From assembly GCA_026125215.1 (NCBI GenBank), contig JAHCLN010000002.1, positions 14,896 through 78,895 of the forward strand: a stretch of DNA of 64,000 nucleotides, read 5' to 3'. Both the position numbers and the translations under genes were made by a program. Shown piece after piece: positions 44,654 through 53,927 of this stretch (positions within the stretch are counted from its first letter, which is position 1; every line of letters begins with the position of its first letter). Below the pieces are notes generated by a model. It ran no database searches and was not told the origin of the DNA. It saw nothing but the letters and a program-made list of their open reading frames with translations. This stretch comes from Opitutaceae bacterium. Its GTDB lineage: Bacteria; Verrucomicrobiota; Verrucomicrobiia; Opitutales; Opitutaceae.

Positions 44654-47600
44654 ATGAACGGCGCCCGCGAATTGCCGGCGTTGCCCCGCTTGCGGCTCGA
44701 TCTCGCGGCCGGAGTCCGGTTGCTGCATCCGGCGACCACGGACTATACGGTGCTGGCCGACCCAATCGCGGCCGAACTCCGCGGGCTGGGGGCGGCGGTG
44801 GAGGTTTGCTGCGAGGCGGACGCCGCGGCGCCGACGGGGACGGCTGGGGTGATCGTGCTGGGCAACCTGATGGAGAGCACGCTGGTGCGCCGGTTGTATT
44901 TCGGCGGTTATGATTTCACCGACTTTGCGTTTCCCGGTCCCGGCGGCTTCACGTTGCGCACGATCCGGGATCCGCTTGGCACCGGGGCGCATGTGCTTCT
45001 GCTCGGAGGCAGCGACCTCGCCGGGGTGCGCGAGGCCGGCCACCGGCTGGCGGCCCGCATCCGCCGCGAAGGTTTGGTGACGGGTTATTTTAACGAAGTC
45101 CGGCCGGGCCGCTGGACGCGCGCGGAGGATTTGGAGCCGGCGCAGTTTCTCGCCGACACCGAGGAGGTCTGGCAGCGGGTCGGGGCTTCGGGCAGTTGGG
45201 AATACATGGAGCGGATCGCGCGCTGCGCGACCGGCTACCTGCGCACGGCGGACGAGCGCTACCTGTGGCTCTTCCGCCGCGAACTGCGGCATTTCACGAC
45301 CCACGACGTGCAGGCGCCAAATCCCGAGGCGCCGGTGATGCTGCATGGCCGGATGTATCAGCTGATCATGGCCTGGGATCTCGTGCAGGATCATCCGCTG
45401 TTCTCGGACGAAGACCGGCGCGAGTTCGACGCGATGTTCCTCCACGTGGCGCGCTCGCCCGAGGGTGCGGCGCAAATCCGCGAGGTTGCACAGACCGTGG
45501 CGGTGCGGATGAATCACGACACCCGCTCCGCGCTCGATGCGTTTTTCGTTGGCCGCTATTTCGCCTGTCGCCACGGTCTGGCTGAGGCGGCGGAGTGGCT
45601 GGGATTGGCGGAGCGGCTGTTTGCGCCGCAACTCGGGAGCGCGAAGCCGGTGGAGGATTCCTGGGGCCACCAATGGGTGGCGTCGTTGCACAACACCCTG
45701 GTCTATGCGTTGGCGACGGGCCGGGAGGATTATCTCGCGTCCGCGGCGTTCCGCGCCGCGGCGGAGCGCGCGCTGCTGGCGCACGGCACGGAAGGGCCGC
45801 GGGTTTATCTGGCCAACTGCGCCGCCGCCACCGGTGACTCCGGGTGGCTGAGTCTGGAGCCGGATGGCGAGGCCTTCGTGCGCCGCGCCGCGCAACTGCG
45901 CCTGAGCGTGCCGCTCCAGCCCGGGCGGCCGGCGTATTTTGAGGAAGTGCTGCGCTCTTTCGCGGTGGGAGCGGAGATCCGGCGCCGTGACGATCTGCTC
46001 GGGGTGAGCGTGGCGCCGCTGGATGCGTGCTGGCACCGCACGATCGAGACCCCGGTTTACAATCCCGACGGCGTCTTTGCGGTTACCGCTGCGCCGGAGG
46101 AAGGGTTCGACAAAATCTCCATCCGCGAGGGTTGGACGGCGGCGGATTTTCAGCTCCTGCTCGACGGCATCTCCGGTGGCCACCACGCCTTTCAGGATGC
46201 CAACTGTCTGGTGCGTTTGCGCGAGGGCGGGATGGAGTGGTTCGCGCCGCCGGCGGGCTACCAGCATTCCGTCTGCATCCGGGCGCAAAACGGCGTGCAG
46301 GCCACGCTGAACGGCGCCGGTTCGGGCCGGCTGCATCGCTATGCCCGGCGGTGCTGGCACGGCGAGAATAGCGGATTCATGGCATGCGCCGGCGCCTTGG
46401 AGGGAATGGGTGACGCCGACTGGACCCGCTGCATCCTGCGGCGGCGGGGAGCATGGACGCTGATCATCGACCGCGTGACGGCCAAAGGCCGCGGCGAGAT
46501 GCTGGTGGAACGCTTCTGGCGTCCGCAGGGGTGCGCGGTTTTGCGGGGCGACGGTTTCGATTGCACGTCGTCTGCGGCGCAAGACCGGCAGCGGCTGCAT
46601 GTGACGTCCGATGTGGCCGCGCTCGGCGGGGAGTGGTGCGGCGGCGAGCCGACGGAGCGAATCAGGTTGGCGGCGGAGCCGGGCGATACTTTTTCGTTTG
46701 CGGCTTTGCTGTGGTGCGACGAAGCGGCGGGAGCCGGGCTGCGTTTGGAAAAACGAGACGACGGTTGGCGCATCGGCGAAACCCTGGTGACGCTCACTAC
46801 GCAGGGTCTGCGGGTGCGGGCGGATGGTTTTGACAGCGCTTTTCCGGACGACGAAACCCCGGTGGCGAACAAGCCGCTGCGGCTTCTGCCGTTGGCAGCA
46901 TCAGGATCGGGCATCCCATTCGCGGGCTGGCAGCGCCGGGTTTCGGATCAGCCGGTCACGGCGGTGGCGGGCGACGCCAGCAATGGCTGGGTGGCCGGTT
47001 CTGCCGATGGCTGGGTGGCGGCGTTTGATTACGCAGGGCGCGAGCGTTGGCGGACACGGCTGGCGGGTGCCATTCGTGCGTTGGAATTTTTTCACGATGG
47101 CGTGCTGACGGGCGGGGATCAGGGAGCGCTCGTTTACATCGGTCCGAGGGGTGAACCGATTTGGACGGTGGAGCTGCCATGGGTGACGCTGCCGTGGGCT
47201 TATTGGAGTGAAGGTCGCAGCCGGATATTGGAAATCGCCGTGGCGGACTTGGATGACGATGGCGTGGAGGAGATCTTGGTCGGCAATGCGGACCGGCGGG
47301 TCTATGCCTTCGACCGGGCCGGCCGGTTGAGGTGGAAGCACGCGGTCGAGTGGGGGGTGTTTACCGCGATGTGGCCGGCGCGGCATGAAGGCGCGTTTGT
47401 CCTGCTGGGCGGCACGGCACGGCCCTCGATTTTTGGCCGGCTCATCCTGCTGGGTGGCGACGGCCGGTTGCGCGGCCATTTCAGCCGCGCCGATCTCACC
47501 TGCTGGTCGCTGCCTGCGGGTCTGCGCGATCTGCACCGGATGGAAATGGGTGGAGAAACCATGACGTTTGCCGCGGTGGACACGAATTGCCGACAACTGA

Positions 47601-47983
47601 TCGCTTACGATGCCACCGGACGAATTTGCTGGGATGCGGATTTGGCGGCGGGCGCGACGGCGTTGGCGGCAGATGCACCGAGCGGCAGGATTTTTACAGC
47701 GTCGGAGGCCGGGTATGTCGCCGGCTTCGAGGCTGCGGGCGGTCGGCGGGAGTGGACGGCTTGGCTCGGCGGCTCGGCCTCGCTGCTTTGGTGGACTCCG
47801 GGCAGCGGTCTGCAAGCGGTGATGCCCGACGGGGTGATAGCGAGTCTTTCGGCTGCCGGCGAAGTGCGGAGCAGGATGAATTTGGGCAGTGCGGTCACGG
47901 CCGTGCCGCGACCGGGCAATCATCGTGGGACGGGTCGGAAGCCGGTGTTGGGGGCGGCGGACGGCCGGGTGCTTGTGCTTTAG
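44654..47983 (+). CDS. 1109-aa multidomain protein: heparinase II/III (alginate-lyase-like) region plus C-terminal PQQ/FG-GAP-type beta-propeller
   Basis: Middle region GISGGHHAFQDANCLV resembles the Hepar_II_III motif. C-terminal repeats VADLDDDGVEEILVGNADRRVYAFDRAGRLRWK. No signal peptide seen. Confidence 0.5.
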   Translation: MNGARELPALPRLRLDLAAGVRLLHPATTDYTVLADPIAAELRGLGAAVEVCCEADAAAPTGTAGVIVLGNLMESTLVRRLYFGGYDFTDFAFPGPGGFTLRTIRDPLGTGAHVLLLGGSDLAGVREAGHRLAARIRREGLVTGYFNEVRPGRWTRAEDLEPAQFLADTEEVWQRVGASGSWEYMERIARCATGYLRTADERYLWLFRRELRHFTTHDVQAPNPEAPVMLHGRMYQLIMAWDLVQDHPLFSDEDRREFDAMFLHVARSPEGAAQIREVAQTVAVRMNHDTRSALDAFFVGRYFACRHGLAEAAEWLGLAERLFAPQLGSAKPVEDSWGHQWVASLHNTLVYALATGREDYLASAAFRAAAERALLAHGTEGPRVYLANCAAATGDSGWLSLEPDGEAFVRRAAQLRLSVPLQPGRPAYFEEVLRSFAVGAEIRRRDDLLGVSVAPLDACWHRTIETPVYNPDGVFAVTAAPEEGFDKISIREGWTAADFQLLLDGISGGHHAFQDANCLVRLREGGMEWFAPPAGYQHSVCIRAQNGVQATLNGAGSGRLHRYARRCWHGENSGFMACAGALEGMGDADWTRCILRRRGAWTLIIDRVTAKGRGEMLVERFWRPQGCAVLRGDGFDCTSSAAQDRQRLHVTSDVAALGGEWCGGEPTERIRLAAEPGDTFSFAALLWCDEAAGAGLRLEKRDDGWRIGETLVTLTTQGLRVRADGFDSAFPDDETPVANKPLRLLPLAASGSGIPFAGWQRRVSDQPVTAVAGDASNGWVAGSADGWVAAFDYAGRERWRTRLAGAIRALEFFHDGVLTGGDQGALVYIGPRGEPIWTVELPWVTLPWAYWSEGRSRILEIAVADLDDDGVEEILVGNADRRVYAFDRAGRLRWKHAVEWGVFTAMWPARHEGAFVLLGGTARPSIFGRLILLGGDGRLRGHFSRADLTCWSLPAGLRDLHRMEMGGETMTFAAVDTNCRQLIAYDATGRICWDADLAAGATALAADAPSGRIFTASEAGYVAGFEAAGGRREWTAWLGGSASLLWWTPGSGLQAVMPDGVIASLSAAGEVRSRMNLGSAVTAVPRPGNHRGTGRKPVLGAADGRVLVL

Positions 47984-48098
47984 CCACGGAGACGCAGAGG
48001 CCCAGAGCCCAAGCAAGACGTGATTTCTCCGCGCCTCGGCTGCCAATTAGAGCCGGATAAATCAAACTGTGGCCGTCGCACTGCGGCGCGGTAGCGCC

Positions 48099-48152
48099 GG
48101 TAGGGTCCGCTCTCCGAGCGGACCGCGGCCTGCCCGGAGGTCAGGCCCTACC
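48099..48152. repeat. REP/REPIN-like inverted doublet, each unit GGTAGGG followed by a GC hairpin
   Basis: Plus-strand unit ggtagggtccgctctccgagcggacc. Minus-strand unit ggtagggcctgacctccgggcaggcc. About 19/26 nt are identical, with stem-preserving differences. Confidence 0.55.
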
Positions 48153-48189
48153 AGTCCGGTGGCCATGACATTTATAAACCGCCACACAG

Positions 48190-48972
48190 TTAGAAGAAGT
48201 CGGTGACCTTTTGGATCGTGCGCTTCACCGTGTAGGCGTCCACGCGCGTCCAGCCGTGCACCGGGAGGCAGGCCTGATCGGCGGTGTCGATGCGCTTGTG
48301 GCGGATCTCGACCTCAAGCGGGCCGGGCAGGGTGAAGGGCTTTACCTGCGCGCGGTTGAGCGCGGCCTGCTGCGCGGAGGCCTCGATTTCCTTGAGCACG
48401 CGGCGGGGGTGCTTGCTGAGCGCGGCGTTCCAACTGTAGCCGACCTTGGTCGTGACGGTGGTGATGCCGGGGAAGAATTCGCGGGCCTCGGCCACGCATT
48501 TGTCGTCGCTCGCGACGAACAGCGCCGGCACGCCGAGGGCGCCGGCCACCGCGGCATCAATGGCCAGCTCGCCGACCTCGCGGCCGTTGAGCCTGATCCA
48601 CTGGTAGGTGGCGCTGCTGAAGGTGTGCGCCAGCGGCGCGGCGACGGTGTTGTCGCGCGCGTGGTAGCCGATGAAGAGCAGCCCCGCGAAGGTGGCGTCG
48701 AGCATCGCCAGACGCTGCGCATGCACGCCGTGGAAGATGTCGCACCGTTCGTCGAGTTCCTCGTAAACGAGGTTCACGCCGCGGCCGTGGTTGTCCCACA
48801 CGATGACCTGCGTGGCGCCGGCGTTGAAGAGTCCGCGGGCGGCGGCGCTGGCCTCGGCCGTGGCCTGCCGGCGCGCGAACTCATACTGGGCGGGCGCATC
48901 GTTGAGCGTGCCGCCCGCGGCGCCGACGACGCCGGCCGGTCCTTCACAATCCACGGCGATGACGAATTTCAT
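48190..48972 (-). CDS. M55-family D-aminopeptidase (DppA-like)
   Basis: MKFVIAVDCEGPAGVVG N-terminus is typical of peptidase M55. Confidence 0.7.
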   Translation of the reverse strand: MKFVIAVDCEGPAGVVGAAGGTLNDAPAQYEFARRQATAEASAAARGLFNAGATQVIVWDNHGRGVNLVYEELDERCDIFHGVHAQRLAMLDATFAGLLFIGYHARDNTVAAPLAHTFSSATYQWIRLNGREVGELAIDAAVAGALGVPALFVASDDKCVAEAREFFPGITTVTTKVGYSWNAALSKHPRRVLKEIEASAQQAALNRAQVKPFTLPGPLEVEIRHKRIDTADQACLPVHGWTRVDAYTVKRTIQKVTDFF

Positions 48973-49004
48973 GGGCATTATCCAAACCAACTTTTCCGCA
49001 AATG

Positions 49005-49044
49005 GCGCGGATAATCGCGGATAACCAAACCGATCTTATCCGCG
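49005..49044. promoter_or_regulatory. CGCGGATAA x2 direct repeats plus an inverted TTATCCGCG (9-bp arms, 11-nt spacer) upstream of the M55 gene
   Basis: Read directly at about 49006, 49016 and 49036, in the 99-nt gap between GH172 and the M55 peptidase. Confidence 0.4.
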
Positions 49045-49071
49045 TCCATCCGTGAAATCTGCGGGGAGGAT

Positions 49072-50154
49072 TCAGATGACCTCGAGGTGATCCTTGTCCG
49101 GCAGAGCGGGGAAGGGGGCGGTGGGCAGGGTTTGATACCAGAAGGCGGTGGAGCACAGGTCGTCCTGCAGCGGCAGGTAGCGGCCGCCGCTCCGCCAGCC
49201 GAGCGCCTGGATGGTGACGCGCAGCTCCTGCTCGAAGCGCACCGGGTCCATCACATGCCAGCGATACATCGCGAAGCGGGTCTGCGAGCGGTAAACGCCG
49301 TCGGGCCGCAGCACCTGGTGCAGACCGACGTGCGGGGTGCAGAATTCCTGATACTGCTTCGTCTCCTTGTTCTCGAAATTGTAGGAGCCGCAGAAGTAGT
49401 CCTCGGTGCCGGTGCCGCAGATGGTCGGCCAGTCCTTGTCGCCGTCGAAGTAGAACTTGATCTCGCCTTCGCCCCACCAGTTGGAGTTGTTGACGCCCCA
49501 GCCCATGACCGTGCCGACGTAGTGGCCGCGGCCGCGCACGCCGTCGATGAGGGTGTAGTCGGTCTTGTAGGGCAGGGGGTTGGTGCGGCGGAACTGGGCG
49601 TGGAAGTAGGCGCAGTCGGCCGGCACGTCGGTCAGCGTGTAGTTGACCTGGTAGTAGAGCGTCATGTCTTCCGCGCCGATGTTGGTCATCGTGATGCGGC
49701 AGGATTTGCGGAAGGGCATTTCCCAGTAGCAGTTGAAGGCGCTGCCGGGGTTGACGCAGACAGGCAGCGAGACGAGCGGGGCATAGCTGCCCCAGGGCAT
49801 GCCGAAGAAATCGCCCACCGGGCATTCGACGGAAGGGTTTTCCTGATCGTCCCAATAGATGCGCAGGATGCTGAAGCGCCACGGGCCGGTGGGTGTCATC
49901 CAGATCTGCTGGATGGCGCCGCTTTCGCGGATGTCGGCGACGGTGAAAGTCTCGCCGGCCTTGATGCGGACGGAGGGGGAGATCTTCCAGCCGCGGCCGA
50001 GGTCGCGGGCGCACACGGCGCCGGTGCCCTCGGTGGCCATGCCGCCGGCGCCTTTCGCGCCGTTGAAGTTCTCGGCGCTGATGGAGCGGGTGCGCGCGGA
50101 CGAGAGACGACTGAGGTTGCCGAGGTGGAGGCCGAGACCGTTGAAAGCATTCAT
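49072..50154 (-). CDS. DUF2961 / glycoside hydrolase family 172 protein
   Basis: Motif WWGEGEIKFYFDGDKDWPTICGTGTEDYFCGSYNF is typical of DUF2961. Confidence 0.75.
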   Translation of the reverse strand: MNAFNGLGLHLGNLSRLSSARTRSISAENFNGAKGAGGMATEGTGAVCARDLGRGWKISPSVRIKAGETFTVADIRESGAIQQIWMTPTGPWRFSILRIYWDDQENPSVECPVGDFFGMPWGSYAPLVSLPVCVNPGSAFNCYWEMPFRKSCRITMTNIGAEDMTLYYQVNYTLTDVPADCAYFHAQFRRTNPLPYKTDYTLIDGVRGRGHYVGTVMGWGVNNSNWWGEGEIKFYFDGDKDWPTICGTGTEDYFCGSYNFENKETKQYQEFCTPHVGLHQVLRPDGVYRSQTRFAMYRWHVMDPVRFEQELRVTIQALGWRSGGRYLPLQDDLCSTAFWYQTLPTAPFPALPDKDHLEVI

Positions 50155-50222
50155 GGGTGCGGCCGGAAGACTGTGCGAACCGGCGGGCCCGATGCAGTCT
50201 TTTTGTGTGTGCTAAACCCGGG

Positions 50223-51029
50223 TCAGGCGTTGCCGGTGCGGGCCTTGTGACGGGCGACGCTGGCGTCCCAGAACTGCGGCAACTGCGTGAGGTGCACGCG
50301 TCGTGAGGCCGGACCATCCTCCAGCATCGCGGGTTGATACGGCGTGCGCAGGCCGAAGCCGTAGAAATGCGTGTCGCCGTAGCTGATGAGGTCGTCGATT
50401 TCCTGCATCGTGCGGGCGCGGCGGCCGAGGTTCATGGTGAACATCCGGCGGGCCTTGCCGCCGCCAAACGAGGCGTGCAGGAGGCGGTGGTTGAAGATGA
50501 GCACGTCGCCCGGCTCGCTCTCGAGGGCCTGGGCGGGCAGGTCGCGCTGGTGGCGGCCCCATTGGTTTTCGGCGTCGCGCAGGGTGTCGTCCACCCACTG
50601 GGTCATGCCGGCGTCGCTGTGCGAGCCCGGGATGACGCGCAGGCAGCCGGTGTCGCGTGTCACGGGATCGAGGTAAAACGCCATTTTGATGTAGCTGCTG
50701 CTCGGGAAGAGGGAGTCGCGGTGCCAGGTGGTCTCGCCGGTGTAGTAGTTGCCGTCGCTGCCCATGTAGTTGAAGTCGGGGCCGATCAGGTTGGCGAGGG
50801 CGGCCCGGATGCCCGGATGGTCGAGCAAGGCGCGCAGGCCGGGCCGGTGCTCCACGAACTGCACGATCATCGTGCGCTTCGTGCCGTCGTGCTTGAGGCC
50901 GAGCTGGGGAAACACCGCCTCGAACTCGGCGATGATCCGGTCCAGTTCGGGCTTCACCAGGCCGGGGAGCTTGAGGAAGCCGAAGGTTTCAAAAAAGGCG
51001 CGCTGCTGGGCGGGAGTGGGCTGGTCCAT
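50223..51029 (-). CDS. phytanoyl-CoA dioxygenase (PhyH) family Fe(II)/2OG oxygenase
   Basis: 268 aa. TWHRDS (HxD) and FNHRLLHAS distal His. Confidence 0.8.
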   Translation of the reverse strand: MDQPTPAQQRAFFETFGFLKLPGLVKPELDRIIAEFEAVFPQLGLKHDGTKRTMIVQFVEHRPGLRALLDHPGIRAALANLIGPDFNYMGSDGNYYTGETTWHRDSLFPSSSYIKMAFYLDPVTRDTGCLRVIPGSHSDAGMTQWVDDTLRDAENQWGRHQRDLPAQALESEPGDVLIFNHRLLHASFGGGKARRMFTMNLGRRARTMQEIDDLISYGDTHFYGFGLRTPYQPAMLEDGPASRRVHLTQLPQFWDASVARHKARTGNA

Positions 51030-51085
51030 GTTCTGCTATCAGTCCGGTCTTGAATCTGCGTGCAACTGCGGACTGGTGTGAACAA

Positions 51086-52114
51086 TCACGCGGCCGGGGC
51101 GGTCTTGGCCTCGTCCTTGTATTTTTTGCCGCCGCCGCCCCACCTGTCGCAGCCGCCTTCGCCGCTGGGGCGGACGCTGGGTTTCTGGATGTCGGTGTAA
51201 CCGAGGTAGGCGTAGGGATCACGGCCGGCGACGATGATCACGTCGCGGTAATTGTAGCGGGCGTTGTGGTCGCCTTCCGGGGTCTTGCCCCAGGGCAGGC
51301 GCGACTCGCAGCTCATGTAGTGGTTGACCAGCGCGCGGCGGTAGGTGCCGGCGGGTGCCCGGTTGGGCAGCGAGCGGTGCAGCAGGTAGCCGTTGAAGAG
51401 GACGACCGAACCGGCCTCGACCTCGACCGGGACGGCCTCGTCGTCGCGATAGGGAAAGTTCACCGACTCCTCGGCGCAGTCGAAGCGGCGGTCGCCATGC
51501 CAGTGCTGTTCCCAGATGATCCCGTGCCGGTGCGAGCCGGGCAGCACCCACAGGCAGCCGTTCTCCTGCGTGGCGCGGTCAATCGCGATCCAGGCGCCGG
51601 TGAGCGAGCGGTCGCGCGTGGGGATGTAGTCCTCGTCCTGGTGCCAGGCCTGGCCGGGCTTGCCGGATGACTTGATGAAGAGCATCGACTGCATGCACTT
51701 CACGTTGGGCCCGATGACGGTGCTCAGCGCCTGCACGGTCGGGCGGTTGTGGATGGCCTGCACCATCACGTCCGAGAGCTTGTGCGGAAAATGGATGCAG
51801 AGGAAACGCTGCAGGACGGAATCGTCCGGCTCGGCGGGATCGGCTTTCGGGTGGTCGGGCAACTCGCCGCGGTCACCCCGGCAAATGCCGGTCGCCTCCT
51901 GCTTGAGCTCCCCGATCTCGGCGGGCGTGAAAGCGTTCTCGAGCACGAGATAGCCGTTGGTTTCGAAAAAAGCCTTCACTGCCGCGGGATCGGCGTCGGG
52001 GGAAAAATATCCCGGCGGGCGGACGGCCGGAAACTGGTTGCGGCGGGTGCCGGCGAAGCCGGGCGTGGCGACGACGAGGTTGCGGGGCGGGGTTTCGAGG
52101 GTTGCGGAACTCAT
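51086..52114 (-). CDS. phytanoyl-CoA dioxygenase (PhyH) family Fe(II)/2OG oxygenase, second copy
   Basis: 342 aa. AWHQDEDY (HxD) and FNGYLLHRS distal His. Alternative in-frame starts up to 52135. Confidence 0.8.
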   Translation of the reverse strand: MSSATLETPPRNLVVATPGFAGTRRNQFPAVRPPGYFSPDADPAAVKAFFETNGYLVLENAFTPAEIGELKQEATGICRGDRGELPDHPKADPAEPDDSVLQRFLCIHFPHKLSDVMVQAIHNRPTVQALSTVIGPNVKCMQSMLFIKSSGKPGQAWHQDEDYIPTRDRSLTGAWIAIDRATQENGCLWVLPGSHRHGIIWEQHWHGDRRFDCAEESVNFPYRDDEAVPVEVEAGSVVLFNGYLLHRSLPNRAPAGTYRRALVNHYMSCESRLPWGKTPEGDHNARYNYRDVIIVAGRDPYAYLGYTDIQKPSVRPSGEGGCDRWGGGGKKYKDEAKTAPAA

Positions 52115-52141
52115 GAATTCCATATCCAATAACATACAAAC

Positions 52142-52985
52142 ATGCCGCGCGCCAGCCATAGTCTGCTTAAAAACATGCCCATAAGAATACGGGCGGCGAA
52201 TTCGCCCCGGGTGATGTTCGGCGATGTGGTTTATGCGCCGGGCGGCACCTGCGGCCCGCGGGTGCAACAGGAATATCAGTTGGTCGTGCTGGTGGAGGGC
52301 GGGGTGACGGCGGACGTGGAGGGCCAGGAGCGCCGGCTGCAACCGGGCGAGGTGGGATTGTTCCTGCCCGGCCGACGGGAGATGTTCACCTTCTCGGCCG
52401 ATCCATAAAAGCCACCACACATGGTGCTCGGTGCATCCGTCGCTGGTGCCGGCGGAGCTCGCGGAGGCCTGCCGCCGCGCCGCACCGGTGCTACCGGTTT
52501 CGCGCCGGCTGGAGCAGTTGCTGGAAGTCGGCCTCGCCATGCCCTTGACCGGCGGCGCGCAGGGCGACGGGCTCATCGACGCGGTCGGCTTGGCATGTCT
52601 GCAGGCCTACCTCTTCACCGACACGCGGCAGGAGCGACGCGCGACCGATGAGCCCGACGCCCTGCGGCGCGCACTGGCGTGGCTCGGCCAGGAAGGCCAC
52701 GGCGCGGTGGACCTGCCGGCGCTGGCGCGCGCGGCCGGCGTGTCGCCGGCGCAGCTCGTGAAGCTTTTCAAACGCCACCTCGGCACCACGCCGATCCGCT
52801 ACGTGTGGGAAACGCGCACGCGCCGCGGCGCGCAACTACTGCGCGAAACCGGCCTCACCGTCGGCGAGGTGGCGCACCGCTGCGGCTTCCAGACGCCGTT
52901 TCATTTTTCCCGCTGGTGCCGGGAATTGCACGGGATGTCGCCGCGATTCCTGCGCGAAAAAGCCTGGGGCGATGTGAAGCGTTGA
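52142..52985 (+). pseudogene. AraC-family regulator split by a frameshift between the cupin and HTH halves
   Basis: Cupin-like ORF 52142..52408 ends FTFSADP-stop. The protein-like sequence continues in the +1 frame (IHKSHHTWCSVHPSLVP...) into the HTH ORF 52431..52985 (TGLTVGEVAHRCGFQTPFHFSRWCRELHGMSP). Confidence 0.7.
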
Positions 52986-53087
52986 AGGATTCCGGATGCG
53001 ACGGAACTGCACGTGTTTTCCGGCCGGATTTTTTTGGTGACGTAACTTTGCCTTGTCGCGCCGGCGGGCGGCCGCACGCTGACCGGG

Positions 53088-53927
53088 ATGCCCCTGTGTG
53101 AACCCCGTCGCTGGCTCTGCCGTCTGCTCCTTGCGGCTGCTTGCTGCATTCCGCTCCGGGCGGAGGAGGACCTGGCGGCGGTGTGGCGGCAGGTGACGGC
53201 CTTCTTTGCCAAGGAGGCGATGTGGGCGCTGGAGGCGCTCCCGCCCACGCCGGAGGCCGCCACGCAACGCGAGCGCGATTTCTGCCACGCGGTGATCCTG
53301 CTCGACCTCCAGCCGCTGACCGAGGCGCGGCTCGACGAGGCCGAGAACCGTTTGCTTCGCCTGATCGCCGCCGGCGAAGACGAGATCGCCGCCGCGGCCC
53401 GCTACCTGATGGCGCGCAGCCGGCAGCTCTACCGGCAGCGGCCCGACCACGCCGGGGCGGCCCGGTTGTATCGTGAGGTGATGGCGCACCCCCGCGGCGG
53501 GCCCTGGGCGGAACTGGCCCGGGTGAAACTCGCCCTGCTGGAGCTCTATGTGCTGCCGGCGACGAACCCCTCTGCGCGCATCGCCGCCGCGCGCACCCTC
53601 CTGGCCGGGGCCGGCGAGGACTTTACGCGGCGCGACCTGCACCGGCTGATCGCCCGCGCGACCCTTTTCTACGACCTCGATCCCGCGGCGGCCTTCGCCG
53701 ACCTGCTTGCGGCCGAGGCGATCGGCGGGCTGCAGGGCGAACCCCATGCCGACCAGCTGGTGCAGCTCACCGAACTGGCCTGGGAGTTTGGCCGCACCGC
53801 GGAGGCGGCCCGTTTTTATGCGCGGCTGGTCGCGGAGCATCCGCGCGATGTGCGGGCCTGGGGGCTCGCGGAAAAATTGGCCGGCCGGCCCGCGCCGGCC
53901 CGGGGGCGCTTTGGCCATGCCCCGTAA
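53088..53927 (+). CDS. secreted all-helical (TPR-like) hypothetical protein
   Basis: Signal-like LCRLLLAAACCIPLRAEE. Ala/Leu/Arg-rich helices. Overlaps the next gene by 11 nt. Confidence 0.45.
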   Translation: MPLCEPRRWLCRLLLAAACCIPLRAEEDLAAVWRQVTAFFAKEAMWALEALPPTPEAATQRERDFCHAVILLDLQPLTEARLDEAENRLLRLIAAGEDEIAAAARYLMARSRQLYRQRPDHAGAARLYREVMAHPRGGPWAELARVKLALLELYVLPATNPSARIAAARTLLAGAGEDFTRRDLHRLIARATLFYDLDPAAAFADLLAAEAIGGLQGEPHADQLVQLTELAWEFGRTAEAARFYARLVAEHPRDVRAWGLAEKLAGRPAPARGRFGHAP

